Position numbers and translations under genes: made by a program. A DNA stretch of 63,812 bases, counting the filler, from Octopus bimaculoides (taxonomy: Eukaryota): assembly GCF_001194135.2 (NCBI RefSeq). It is 6 parts of 5 records of this genome, joined end to end, with 100 filler letters (N's around TTAATTAATTAA, not from the genome) between each part and the next. Parts side by side here need not be neighbours in the genome. Positions count along the whole stretch, not along the records: positions 1 to 5,921 come from NC_068990.1; positions 6,022 to 15,490 come from NC_068983.1; 4 more parts are not named here. The stretch is one strand, 5' to 3'. Under the pieces are notes generated by a model, which made no database searches, had not been told where the DNA came from, and saw only the letters and a list, made by a program, of their open reading frames with translations. Positions 1 through 12,330 of the stretch are shown here, one piece after another. Numbering within the stretch: the stretch's first letter is position 1; every line of letters starts with the position of its first letter.

Positions 1-47
1 AAAGTGAGAGAGCGAGAGTGTGTGTTATTTTGCTTTGGTGTGTGTGT

Positions 48-365
48 AGATAATTAGATAGATAGAGAGATAGATAGATAGATATATAGAGAGAGAGATA
101 GATATATAGAGAGATAGATAGATAGATATATAGAGAGATAGAGAGATAGATATATAGAGGATAGATAAATAGATATATAGATAGATAGACAGACAGAAAG
201 AGAGATAGATAGATAGATATATAGATAAACAGATAGATAGATAGATATAGATATAGCAATAGATATAGATAGGTAGGTAGATATAGATAGGTAGAGATAG
301 ATAGATAAATAAATGATAGATAAATAGACAGATACATCTATCATCTCTCTTTCTCTTTCTCTCTC
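48..365. repeat. Compound (GATA)n/(GA)n/(CT)n microsatellite
   Basis: Direct inspection; explains spurious ORF 54..503. Confidence 0.95.
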
Positions 366-370
366 TCTGT

Positions 371-735
371 CACATTGACGATGAAGTCGACGCACGACCG
401 TCAAGAGAAGCTCAACATTCAGGGCCGCTACGTGAATCAATGTCGGGACAGAAGAGACATTTGGCTGACTGCCAAATTGAAAGTGCACAAAGCAGTTGTA
501 CACCCTAGGCTACTGTAGACCTGTGAGTCTTTGACGATTTACGAACACCACGCACAGAAAGCTAAGCCGCTTCTACATCAACTGGATGAGAAAGCTGTCG
601 AAAATCACTTGGCAGTCCCAGACAGATCTTTGCTCAAACTGATCTGTCAAGCAATTGCGCACTGCTGAAGGGAGCGCAAGTCAGTTGCTCAGGCCACCTT
701 TATCGAATGCTTGACGCATGACACCCCACGAAAAC
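371..735 (+). mobile_element. RTE-clade (BovB-like) LINE remnant, RT C-terminal region, frameshifted
   Basis: Manual translation gives HIDDEVDAR..., RDIWLTAKLKVHKAVV, CESLTIYEHHAQK, matching RTE motifs (IDDEVDARIAKAS..FGRL; TKLKVYKAVVLPTLLY.CETWT.Y.RH). Confidence 0.75.
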
Positions 736-1230
736 CCATCAGAGGAAGAAACGGAAGAAAAAGAAGAAGAAGAAGAAAAGAAGAAAAGAAAGTGGAAGGA
801 AGGAAGGAAGGAAGGAATGAAGGAAGGAAGGAAGGAATGAAGGAAGGAAGGCGAGAAGTTAAGGAAAAAAGACGAAACGAAGGAGAACTGAATGAAAAAT
901 AATAAAAAGGACACGAAGAGGGACAAGAAGAAGATGAAAGAGAAGGAACAGAAGGAGGTGAAGGAAGAGAAGAGGGAAGGAAGGAAATGTGAGAGAAAAA
1001 GATAAAGAAAATCAGTGAAGGAGAAGAAAAGGAGGGGGAGGAGGAGGAGGAGGAGAAGAAAATTGAGAGGGAGAAGAAATAGAAGAAAAAGAAGAGGTAG
1101 CATCAAAAGAAGAAAAAGAGATAGCATAAAAAGAAAAATGAGAAGAAATAGAAGAATGAGAAGAAGAAGGCGAAAGAGAAGAAGAAGAAGGATGAGTAAG
1201 GAGAAGAAAGAGAGGAAGAAAGGGGATGAG
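736..1230. repeat. Purine-rich low-complexity tract (GAA, GGAA, GGA, AGA units)
   Basis: Direct inspection; source of the R/K-rich and L/F-rich pseudo-ORFs 681..1452. Confidence 0.9.
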
Positions 1231-1566
1231 TCGTCTATCCTCTTTGAAATCCTGTTTCTAACAAACAAATCTTTGGTGCCGTTGTTTGAGTCGAAGTTTT
1301 ATTTACTCAAAATTATTCTTAACTTAATCTTTGTACAATCCAAAACCTTTATATTTAACTTAGAACATTTCAACATATGTACAGTAACCCCTCCCCATAT
1401 CGTGGTTTATTATATAAGCTTTCGATTCCTTCGTGGTGTTTTGCTTTTATAATAAAATAAATATATACAAATTATAAAAAATTTTTTTTTTAAATATAGT
1501 TCTTTTTTTTTTTTACTAAATATAGGAGTCCTGTTGATTCACAACAACAAATGCAAATTTTTTTTC

Positions 1567-4500
1567 CTGAGCGACCTTGCTGCACGCAATCAAACCCTAA
1601 GCATAGCACTGGTGGAAACTCATCTGAACCCTGATATAGAGAATGCAGAAGTACACGTACCAAAATAATACACCATACTGCGAACAGATATAAGGGAAAA
1701 GAACCATAGTGGAGTTGCTGTATCCATCCGTGAAGACCTCACACCCCAGGTCTTACTGTCATACTTGACACTCTCATTGTATACATAAGACAATATAATA
1801 TAGTCATATGTGATACATATCGCCCACCTGATGCTCCAGACCACATAGACTAATTTGACGATTGCCTCACAAGAATTAAAGAAATCCTCCTGAAACTGGA
1901 ACACCATATGAGCGTATTTCTTATGAGTGATTTCAACATCCCCAATGTCAAATGGCTCCAAAAGCCTCATGCCCTCAAGAATAACTGCTTGCAAACAAGC
2001 ACAAATGGAGTCCCTGCTCAACCTCACCGATGCTCTATTCATAGAGCAAGTGGTGCTCAGACCAACTAGGGCAAATTACATTTTAGATCTCTGCTTCACA
2101 AACAATATGGACATCGTTCATGATGTAAAAGTGACGACGACTTTAGATACGGATCACAACATAATAGAGCTGTCTATGTATGGACCTGTAGTGGGAATAT
2201 ATATTCAGTACCAGGTGCTGATGTGGCTGCGTGTATGTTATCACAAGAGTTCATACAGAGTTGAAGAATAGAATCAAGAACTATATATTTACTACATAAA
2301 AATATATTTTATTTACAGGTCGATAACGATAAATAATCAAAATATAGAATCTAGAAATAATATATTTCTAAATCTCTCAGAGAGTAGCAGCATGATAAAG
2401 TGATAGCATATTGTCAACTTAATGTGACAGTCCCATAAAAGGGAAGAATGCTACTGTTATTTAGCCCTAGGAAACACTGTTTCCTGTTGGACTCCATGTT
2501 TTCAAAGTGTTAGACTCTTATGTTTTCAAAGTGGAGGTGCTTGTTTCCATTTTGAAAACATAAGGACACAGCAAATGTGTCAAATCTAACAGGAAGCCGT
2601 GTACCCTAGGGCTAAATAACTGTAGCATTCTTCCCTTCAGAGATAGGAAATATAGAAATAACATCTAAGTGGTGGCTTTCAGTCATGTGGCGTAGAGAAA
2701 TATACAGACATAGCAATGACATGAAAGGCTCTAAAGTCTAATCGACTAAGAAGCAAAGAACAAGGTTAGCAAGCTGTTTTTAGTAACGGAACGCTAGACA
2801 TTCTAGAAACTTCCAAGAGAAACGCTAAGCTTCTTCAATAATCAACAATCACGTTTCATCACACATCTGCTCGAGAAACTTACAAAGGGAGGTTACTCTA
2901 TAATCTTTTTTTGCAGGGGAGATCATTCAACTATTTAGCTACCGCTACAGACCAAAAGTAGCCGGAGAAATACAGCCTAAAGGAAGCGCCCAAAATCACT
3001 CCAATCTGAACTTCCACAAAGCAGACAGGCAATCGATCCAAAGAAAGATCCTCAGACAGGACTGTCCGAAATACCTGCCCAAGCCAGACATTGGCATGGA
3101 ACTAGAATATTTCATGTCTTTTATGCAAATCGTATGCCAGAAATATGTCCCACAGCACAAGACCAACACAAAAAGGAACAAGATTGCAAGGGAGCGGAAG
3201 ATCCTCATGAGATGACAGATGAAGGTTGAAAATCGCTCCAGCGAACATTCCAAATGTAGTGAAAGGTCTCGCCTACAAACAACATTGATGGAGATTGAAA
3301 AAAGCCTGCAACAATGCTATGTGAGGGGGAGAGCAGACAAAGAAGCCTGGGTTATAAAAAACATTAAGTCAATATGGCAAATAAACAGCCTCAGGACGCG
3401 GCAAAATAGGACACCTTTTTCAAATGGATGCTCCATAAAAGATAGTCCAAGATTAGTGAGGTATTGAATGACTTCATAAGTGTCTTTACCACCCCATTGG
3501 AAAAGAGAAAGTGAACGAACCAGTGCATTTCTTTGCCACTTCGCCTATAACCAGCGAGGCAGTTACGATGGATTACACCGACATTAGCGAAGAAGATATA
3601 CTTCTAACCATAGATGTGGATGCAAACTCAACTGCTGGTCCTTATGGTTTCCCAACAATCCTCCTCAAACCGTGTAAGCGTGCCCTGGCGAAACCACTAC
3701 AGATTCTCTTCCAGAGTTTTCATGCAAATGGCAGGTTGCCAAGCAAACCGACGGAGGGAATAATATGCCCAATCTATAAAGGAGGAAGCAGAGCAGATAC
3801 CAAAAACTATAAGCCTACCTGTTTGACTTCACACATCAGCAAAGTCATGAAACGGATAGTTAGAGGGAATCTAATCGCATTCCTTGAAGAAAACAACTTG
3901 CTGAGTGATACCCAGCATGGTTTTTGACCAGGTAGGAGCTGGCAGATCCAGCTCTTACAGCACGAGGACTGGGTGTTGAGGCAGTTACTCCGCAAAGCAA
4001 ATGTGGGAGTAATATAGCTTGATTTTGCAAAAGCTTTTAATAAAATGGATCATGGTATGATATGCCACAAACTGCGTGATCTTAGCATAGCTAGAAAACC
4101 TGAAGAGCGGCTACATGAGTTTTTCAAAGATACGAGTCAGGCAGTAGTGGCCAATGGAGCCACTTCGAAGAAAACACAAATAATGAGCGATGTTCCATAG
4201 GGCACTGACTTGGAACCAATGCTTTTCATAGTGGCCTTTTCAGATATGCCCTCAGCTGCCCGGATAACCACCTTTGCTAGCTACGCAGACGATACGAAAG
4301 TCTCGCAGGAAATACAGAACACCAGCAATGTTGCACACCTGCAGCAGGAATTGGACTCAATTCGCTGATGAGCTGAGGACAATAATATGCCGTTTACTGT
4401 TGCAAAATCTCAAGCCCTGCGCCACCAGCGTCCAAAACTGAATATAAAACTTACAGGGTACACTGGTCCAGAGGGGATTACAATCCCAGAGTCTAAATCC

Positions 4501-5385
4501 GTGAGGGACTTTGGTATCGACATGAGTGATGATACCTCTTTCCAAATGCACATTGCCAGGATGGTGACATAGTGCAGACGACTGGCTGGATAGATCCTGA
4601 CAATGTTCAGAACCAGAGAGAAGGAAACCATGATGGTTCTCCGGAGGTCATTCTTCCTTAGCCGCCTGGATTACTGTTCCCAGCTATGGTCAACCAACAG
4701 TGTAAAATTAACAGCGGAACTTAAAAGAATCCAGTGAAGCTTCACAAAGAAGATCGTCTCATTGCAACAGCTCAGTTAATGGGAAAGGCTGAAATAGTTA
4801 AGACTCTACTCCCTGGAGCGAAGGCGGGAGAGGTATTCAGTAATAAACATCNNNNNNNNNNNNNNNNNNNNNNNNNNNNNNNNNNNNNNNNNNNNNNNNN
4901 NNNNNNNNNNNNNNNNNNNNNNNNNNNNNNNNNNNNNNNNNNNNNNNNNNNNNNNNNNNNNNNNNNNNNNNNNNNNNNNNNNNNNNNNNNNNNNNNNNNN
5001 NNNNNNNNNNNNNNNNNNNNNNNNNNNNNNNNNNNNNNNNNNNNNNNNNNNNNNNNNNNNNNNNNNNNNNNNNNNNNNNNNNNNNNNNNNNNNNNNNNNN
5101 NNNNNNNNNGGTTCCAGGGGCCCACAGCTTTTTAATATTCTGCCAAAGAGCCTGAAGGACCTACACAAAGTGGATGTAGGTGATTTCAGATGAAAACTGG
5201 ACGTCTTCCTGTCGAGCGCGTCCCAGACGAACCTACCTCACTGCAAGAGGTGTAAATGAAGGTAGTGACATCAGACGCCCTTATTCATCAAATGCTACAT
5301 ATCAAAGGAGGCTCTCAATAATAACAGTGTAGCAAAGCGACAGTGCACCAGCATGGCCACAGCTCTAAGCTAAAGCTAAAAAACA
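1567..5385 (+). mobile_element. CR1-group non-LTR retrotransposon (APE endonuclease + RT), degenerate, interrupted by a solo LTR and a gap
   Basis: APE motifs ALVETHL, TYRPP, SDFNIP, PTRANYILDLCFTN, DHNIIE (1600-2186). RT motifs NYKPTCLTSHISKVM, QHGF, DFAKAFNKMDH, YADD (4282-4293), WERLK.LRLYSLERRRERY. C-terminus FQGPQLFNILP after the gap. Many stops and frameshifts. Confidence 0.9.
2187..2949. mobile_element. Solo LTR (763 bp, TG...CA) with 4-bp TSD GACC
   Basis: Starts TGTAGTGG and ends CCGCTACA (7/8 inverted match). GACC at 2183-2186 and 2950-2953. Excising it plus one TSD restores the LINE reading frame (...ELSMYGP|KVAGEIQPK...NFHKAD). AATAAA on the minus strand near 2310. Confidence 0.8.
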
Positions 5386-5448
5386 GAGCACACTTTTGTT
5401 TCTGCATTGCGGATTTTCAATTGTCACTGGGGTTTTTGTAATGTAACA

Positions 5449-5474
5449 ACCGCGATAGTCGAGGGATTACTGTA
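5449..5474. mobile_element. Isolated Tigger/pogo-like terminal inverted repeat (reverse complement CAGTAATCCCTCGACTATCGCGG) followed by TA
   Basis: CAGT-starting terminus plus TA is typical of pogo/Tigger MITEs; partner TIR not found. Confidence 0.4.
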
Positions 5475-5517
5475 TCGTAATGTCGTAAGGTATGCAGAGT
5501 GTGTGTGTGTATCTAAA

Positions 5518-5725
5518 GGGTGTCGACAAGTCTGGGTACATGAGATTGCCACATACTTAAAGAAATTATTATTTCTTATATTTAATTGTTTATACTATGA
5601 TTTTATTTACTCCATGTACCCACATGGGGATTAACACATACTTTAAGAAATCATTATTTCTTATATTTAATTGTTTGTGTTATGATTTTATTTACTCCAT
5701 GTACCCAGACTTTGTGGACAACCTG
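5518..5725. mobile_element. MITE-like element with about 25-bp imperfect TIRs and an internal 85-bp tandem duplication
   Basis: GTCGACAAGTCTGGGTACATGAG versus CTCCATGTACCCAGACTTTGTGGAC; units start at 5551 and 5636. Confidence 0.55.
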
Positions 5726-5921
5726 TATATGTGTGTGTATGTGTGAAATGAGTGTGTGTATGTGTGTGTATATATGTGTGTTATGTGTGTACTGTACGGT
5801 TTTGTTAACGTGAATTTGTATGCGATATGTGTTGTGTTTGTGTATAGCTGCGTTGGTTATAATTCAGAAAACTTCAATCCTTACCGTTTAAGTGGGCCCC
5901 TCTTGCGGCTGGGGCAAAATA

Positions 5922-6021
5922 NNNNNNNNNNNNNNNNNNNNNNNNNNNNNNNNNNNNNNNNNNNNTTAATTAATTAANNNNNNNNNNNNNNNNNNNNNNN
6001 NNNNNNNNNNNNNNNNNNNNN
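5922..6021. other. Artificial scaffold-join linker (44 N + TTAATTAATTAA + 44 N); linker cores also at 15535-15546, 22227-22238, 29681-29692, 61566-61577
   Basis: Same palindromic 12-mer with stops in all six frames, embedded in N runs, five times. Confidence 0.95.
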
Positions 6022-6064
<43 letters not shown>

Positions 6065-6951
6065 AATATACATTTTCAGGTATACATGCTTGTGCCCATG
6101 TGTGTGTATGCATGATTGCCCATGTGTACATGCATCCATGCATGTGCACGCTTGTAAATGTGTATATTAATGTCTGCGTACGAAAATTCGTGGTTTTTAC
6201 TCCTTTTCTTTTCGCTAAAAGAATGTCTTCAGAATAAGCTATTTATCATTTATAAGCGAAACAATGGTGTACATTTATATTTAAATTATAAATAGATTTG
6301 AAGTGTGCCTTTAAATAATACATACAGAAAAGTATCCAATGAACAAATGATGCAATTTCATCCTATCAAAAGAAAGATTGCACGTATTAACGAAATCATT
6401 CGTTTTTCAGAAAATATATATTTTAACAGATTCTTTTTTAGTGGGTGCTTATACTTATTAGTAATTTTCATCAATTAAAGATAAATTATTTTTGTGTATA
6501 TATAACGATCACAAAAACGCCATTATAAAACGACAATTACGTTTAGCCATAACGGATTCATTTCAAGCATAAAAGACATTATTGGGTAATCATTGATGTA
6601 AAATTAAAAATAGAGAAGTTATATTATTTTGTAGAAATAGAAATATAGTGTTACATAGTAGGGAAGTATTATGGTAATATCGAGAATATTTTTTGCTTTT
6701 ATTTTTTATGTTCCGAGTGAAAGTCCCGCTGGGGCCGGATTTTGCCTTTCATCTCGCTCAGATCAATGAAATATCAGTCAAGTATTTATATTTATTTGCT
6801 TATTATTTTATACCATGAACTGAAGGAACAATAATATCGTTGATTGTCGTCTTCTGACATATGAATCACTGGCTCACTGCATTTCAGGTGGCGAAAGTGA
6901 TACGAGGGTATGTGTACAACTTTGGCGAATAATTATCAAAAAGTCCTTACG

Positions 6952-6982
<31 letters not shown>

Positions 6983-7297
6983 GGGGGGGAGAGAAACTCT
7001 TGAAGCTATATTTCATTATGTATGCTGTTGCGTTTTAACACTGGTCAGCCATGATCAAGCTCTCCTCTACTCCTTTAATGATTTTAATAAAGAATATTAT
7101 CTCTCACGTCACTTCTAAAGATGAACCTTATCTGGTCAAATATAGTTGGTTCGGTGATTTTCGCAGCTCCTGTCATCTTCATGCAATATCTCTTCGCTAT
7201 TCATGTACGTTGTTGCTGTTTTTTTAGCGCCAGGTCTGTTGTGACAATTCTGTCTGTTCGAATACATTTTTTCTCAAGCTATATTACACCATCTTAA

Positions 7298-7508
7298 AAG
7301 GCGGCGAGCTGGCAGAAACGTTAGCACGCTGGGTGAAATGCTTAGCGGTATTTTGTCTGTCTTCATGTTCTGAGTCCAAATTCCGCCGAGGTCGACTTTG
7401 CCTTTCATCCTTTCGAGAGTCGATAAATTAAGTACCAGTTGCATACTGGGGTCGATCTAATCGACTGGCCCCCGCCTCCCAAAATTTCGGGCCAAGAACA
7501 GAAAAGTA
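7298..7508 (+). mobile_element. tRNA-derived SINE, family A (head AAGGCGGCGAGCTGGCAGAA)
   Basis: A-box-like CTGGCAGAAACG, B-box-like GAGTTCAAATTCC, body TTTGCCTTTCATCCTTTCGGGGTCGATAAATTAAGTACCAG; more than 15 copies in the window. Confidence 0.9.
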
Positions 7509-8959
7509 TGTTACGCTATCTGAGTTTCTCATTTTTATAAAAGCGATATAGTGTGCTTTGAGAGAGATATTCTTAGCGGATGAGCAACCGTATATGAAGC
7601 TCCCTCATTGCCTCATAGTGCTTCTACCTATTTAGCCATGTCGTAAATAATTGTAATTCACAATTCATTCTATAATTAGTTAATGCTTCCTTGCTTCGCA
7701 ACGATCAGTTCAATTCTCTTTTGTGGGTCAATTAAATTGATGGCTATAAAGGAAGCCGTTTCACAGCTCGTCTCCGTTAAATATAGAATCTGGGCCATAG
7801 TCCTCATCACATACTGTGTTGTAATGATCCGTGGACCTCAGTCTATTCTACGTTGACGTCATAAGGCAGACCACTACCAGAACGTGGGTATCTTAGTCAA
7901 CAAGGAGAATTTACATGAGGCTATGAGCATTCATTTAAGTGTCGTTCACCCTGCTTCAAAATAGCAGCCAGATCTGCTTCAAACTACATTTTACTAAGGA
8001 AACACTGGATAATCCTAAACACAATAACTGAGACAGACATGACAAAAACCATTGATCGTGAATCCCTTTCGCTGGGAATGACCTGGGTTAGTCGACAACA
8101 ATTCATACTTGCTTTCGAAGTCGATATCGACTACAAAAAAGAAAGAACGAAAGGTAAAATTGACAACAACAGGATCTGCACCCTGTTGTGGTAAAAGAAC
8201 GCCCCAAAATACTTTCCCAGTACTGCCACTACAACCCCTTACTATCATCCATTAGTGATAGTTACAATGTCATCCACGCTGTTTATATGAGATGTCAGTG
8301 AATGCCATACAAGGTTTCTCTCCTCCCCAATGAATATGTACCAATTAGTCAATAAGAAAACCAGACCGTTGAAGGATCTGTTAGGTCATCATTAGGGAGA
8401 TTTATAACCAGCGCATTCAGCCGCTGGAGTACAATATGATTACTTTATCGCCATAGAACATATCGAGTCTGATTAAATCAAACAGATCCAATCTGTCTCT
8501 AGGCAACAAAACACTCGTCAACACAATGCAACACTCCCGCTATTTATAGCCATATGTTTAAACAAGAAAGTTATAGTACCTTTTTTTACAGTTAGATTAA
8601 TTGTACAGCATGGATGTTGTCTTGGTAAAAGACACCATATAGTGTATATGACGGGATACAAACCACTAATCTTCTAGGGCAAGTAGTCCAACATCTTGTC
8701 GTCTTAGCAAACTATGCAATTATTTTCTAACGTATAATAAGTACTTCGTTAAACCACCACTGCATATACTAGTAATGTCACCACCATCACAACCATCATT
8801 ATCACCACGGCCGCCAAAGTATCCTTTATAAGATGAAGTATTCAAATGAGAGCTCAAATAAAACAAACACAAAAGAGATCATTATAAAATTAAATTTTAC
8901 AACAGAAGTGTAGTCGTATATCTTTCTGAAACTAAAATTGAATAAAAACATTTATATGC

Positions 8960-8973
8960 ATACACACACACAC

Positions 8974-9043
<70 letters not shown>

Positions 9044-9056
9044 TATTAAACTTTTC

Positions 9057-9095
<39 letters not shown>
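8960..9095. repeat. (CA)n tract followed 17 bp later by a (TG)n tract
   Basis: Direct inspection. Confidence 0.9.
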
Positions 9096-9685
9096 ATATA
9101 AACTGAGGCTTCATACTATAGGAAGGAAAAATATAAAGATTTGTGGAAACATTCAATAACATTACGGACACATGAAACTAATCTCTCAAATACTTCACTG
9201 CACTGTTTTTGTGATACGTGAAAACAACATTTGTATTCTACGTAAGAACCTCAAGGGCCTTCCCCAACGGCACAGCTCAGTTGTATTACTGTTAAGTTCA
9301 GCACTGACCATTAAGCTAACATAACTAGAAGAGTGAAGAACAGTTCATTTATGAATTTTTGATGCGATGATTCCCGTTGGTACTTGCTGAGAGATGAATT
9401 ATCCTTGTAACCAATCAAGATAATCAAACAAAGTTTCAATCTCAAGTAACCAATTATCTGTAATTTCTATTTAAATAACATCATTTCCACAAATGTCAAA
9501 AGATTTCACACTATCAGTTTCTTTCACTACGCTGGTTTCATGGGAATCGAAGTGATTTTCGTTTCTTGAGCACTAAGCAATTTTCTGTTGATCACTTTAT
9601 ATTGTTATACAAACACACAAACACACACATGTGTATATGCACAAACATATATGTTTATAGATGTATATATCTATCTATCTATTTA

Positions 9686-9769
<84 letters not shown>

Positions 9770-9992
9770 CATATATANNNNNNNNNNNNNNNNNNNNNNN
9801 NNNNNNNNNNNNNNNNNNNNNNNNNNNNNNNNNNNNNNNNNNNNNNNNNNNNNNNNNNNNNNNNNNNNNNNNNNNNNNNNNNNNNNNNNNNNNNNNNNNN
9901 NNNNNNNNNNNNNNNNNNNNNNNNNNNNNNNNNNNNNNNNNNNNNNNNNNNNNNNNNNNNNNNNNNNNNNNNNNNNNNNNNNNNNNNNNNNN

Positions 9993-10033
<41 letters not shown>

Positions 10034-10375
10034 TATATGTGATAAAAATGACAATAAATAGTTCGTAAATACAAGGGGGCGAGTTGCAGAATCGTTTGCA
10101 CGTCAGACAACATGCTTAGCAGAATTTCTTCAAACTCTTTAAGTTCTTAGTTCAAATCCCACCAAGGTCAACTTTGCCTTTTATTGATTTGAGGTCGATT
10201 AGATAAAGTACCAGTCAAGTGCTGCAGACGATGTAATCGACGGATTTTAAGCCATGGGACTCAAGAAAAGTAAAGAATAAATCTAGCAAACGTGTTTCGT
10301 TGAGAACAGTTTAGCGCAAAGCAACGAAGAAGAAAAGTAATTCAATATCAGAGTAATGATGGTATTAATAACAAT

Positions 10376-11380
10376 AATTATCTTTTCTACACAAGGCCTG
10401 AAATTTTAGGGGAGTGGTTTAGTCGATTACATCGGCTCCAGTGCTCAACTGGAACTTATTTCATCGACCTCGAAAGTCGAGGGCATGGTCGACGCCGACG
10501 GAATTTGAGCTCAGAACATAAAGCCGGAAGAAATTCAGCTAAGCATGGTGTCCGGTGTGTTAATGATTCTGCCAGCATGCTGCCTTTACAATAGTCACAA
10601 TAATCCTTTCTACTCAGGCACAAGGCCAACAATTCCGGGAGAGGGAGTAAGTCGATTACACTGACGCCAGTGTTCAACTAGTACTTATTTTATCGATGCC
10701 GAAAGAATGAAAGGCAAAGATGACCTCGGCGAAATTTGAACTCAGAACGCACAGACGGACGAAATGCTTCTAAGCATTTGACTTCGCGTGCAAATGATTC
10801 TGTCAGCTCACCACCTTCTTAATAATGATTTTAAATTTTGGCACAAGGCCAGTAATTTCGGGGGAGAAGGCAAGTCGATTACATCGATCCCAGTGTTCAA
10901 CTGATACTGATTTTATCGATCCCAAAAGGATGAAAGACAAATCGACCTCGAAGGAATTTGAACTCAGAACGTACTAACAGACAAAATGTCGCTAAGCACT
11001 TTGCTCGGCGTGCTAACGATTCTGCCAGCTCGTCGCCTTAATAAGAATAATAATCCTTTCTAGTATAGGTATAAGGCCTGAAGTTTTGGGGAGGGGTATA
11101 TTCGATTAAATCGATCCTAGTACTCGACTGGTACTTAATTTATCGACCCGGAAAGGATGAAAGGCAAAGTCGACCTCGGCAGAATTTGAATTCAGAACAT
11201 ACTGACGGACGAATTGCCGCTAAGCATTTCGCCCACGATTTTGCCGCCTTGATAATAATAATAATAATAATAATAATAATATCAATGGTTTCAAATTTTG
11301 GCACAAGACCAGCAAGTTCGAGGGAAGAGAGTGTGGATTACATCAACCTCTGTTCTCAACCGGTACTTATTTTATCGAAA
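10376..11380 (-). mobile_element. Head-to-tail array of five SINE-A copies (about 10376-10588, 10600-10817, 10822-11040, 11048-11250, 11281-11380 partial)
   Basis: Each shows the reverse complement of the family A body, separated by short (AAT)n; a degenerate + copy lies at about 10110-10250. Confidence 0.85.
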
Positions 11381-12019
11381 TTATAAAATTAATAGAATCA
11401 GTTTTACGTACACAGAAAAGAGCTAAGCACATCTTGGAGGAATAGAGATGGAAGTCCTGAGAAAGATGAAGTGAGGTACCAAAGGGAGAATAAAACACAC
11501 AAAAAGCCTGAATATTATTGTCGCTTATAAGTTGACACGTTGTCTTGTAATTGACGTGGCATACCTGTTTGATACCAGAGTTAAGAAATGGGGAAATTAG
11601 GAGAATATTTTATCGACTTTAAATATGAAATCTTTAAATGCTGGATCAAAGTTAATTGTCATGATCTTGAGAGCTGTGGCGTAGAACTTGAGAGCAAACT
11701 CTGGAAAATTAGACTTTAATAATCAAGTGGGTGCAGAAAATTTTATTCCGTAAGAATTATTCGGAAGCTCCTCGATTCAAAATAAAGACAAATATGAACG
11801 GCAGAAAAAGAGGCAAATGCTTTTCATCCTAGACGACCTGTTTGTCGAAAACAAACTTCATTTTATGCTATTAAATGTTTACAAAGATGACGTCGGCTGC
11901 CATGGTCAGCAAACTGAAGGGGAGATGTTGGTGGCGGGTTGCAAAGACACGTGGTAAAGGGAGGAAAGCGATTTTCAAGCGTTGAAAGTTGGAAGTTCAA
12001 ATGATTTCACTATTGCAAT

Positions 12020-12330
12020 TATAGTAGCAATCGACAGTAACAACAACACCAACTACTGCCACCACAACATTAACAAAAGCAAAAGCAGCAGGAGCAATGG
12101 TAACAAAATGGAAGTGGAGGTGGTGTTTTCGTAATTCAAATTTTAAAGTTCACAAAATTGTGCCACTGCTACCAACATTAACAAAAGTAATAACAGCGGC
12201 AACAACAGTAGCAATAGCAAAGGTAACAGCAGCAGCAGCAGAAGCTGACCAGGGATAGCAACAACATTGATAGTAACGCAACTATAGCAACAACAGCTGT
12301 AGCATAACGCCGAACCGCAAGAACACAACA
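12020..12330. repeat. Degenerate (AAC)/(AGC)/(AGT) trinucleotide tract
   Basis: Direct inspection. Confidence 0.75.

Noticed and set aside
4745-4851. Apparent second insertion in the LINE before the gap
   Set aside because: Another frame reads WERLK.LRLYSLERRRERY, so it is ordinary LINE sequence.
6889-6908. Possible 20-nt micro-exon on + (CATTTCAG|GTGGCGAAAGTGATACGAGG|GTATGT)
   Set aside because: Splice-like signals only; no recognisable peptide, and such matches are expected by chance in 64 kb.
8030-8110. TIDRESLSLGMTW, reminiscent of an RTE C-terminus (similar weak relic at about 27640-27830)
   Set aside because: Too short and diverged to annotate with confidence.
10376-11380. Regularly spaced repeats resembling a CRISPR array
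   Set aside because: Units are about 210-bp SINEs with Pol III boxes, with no unique spacers and no cas genes; eukaryotic context.
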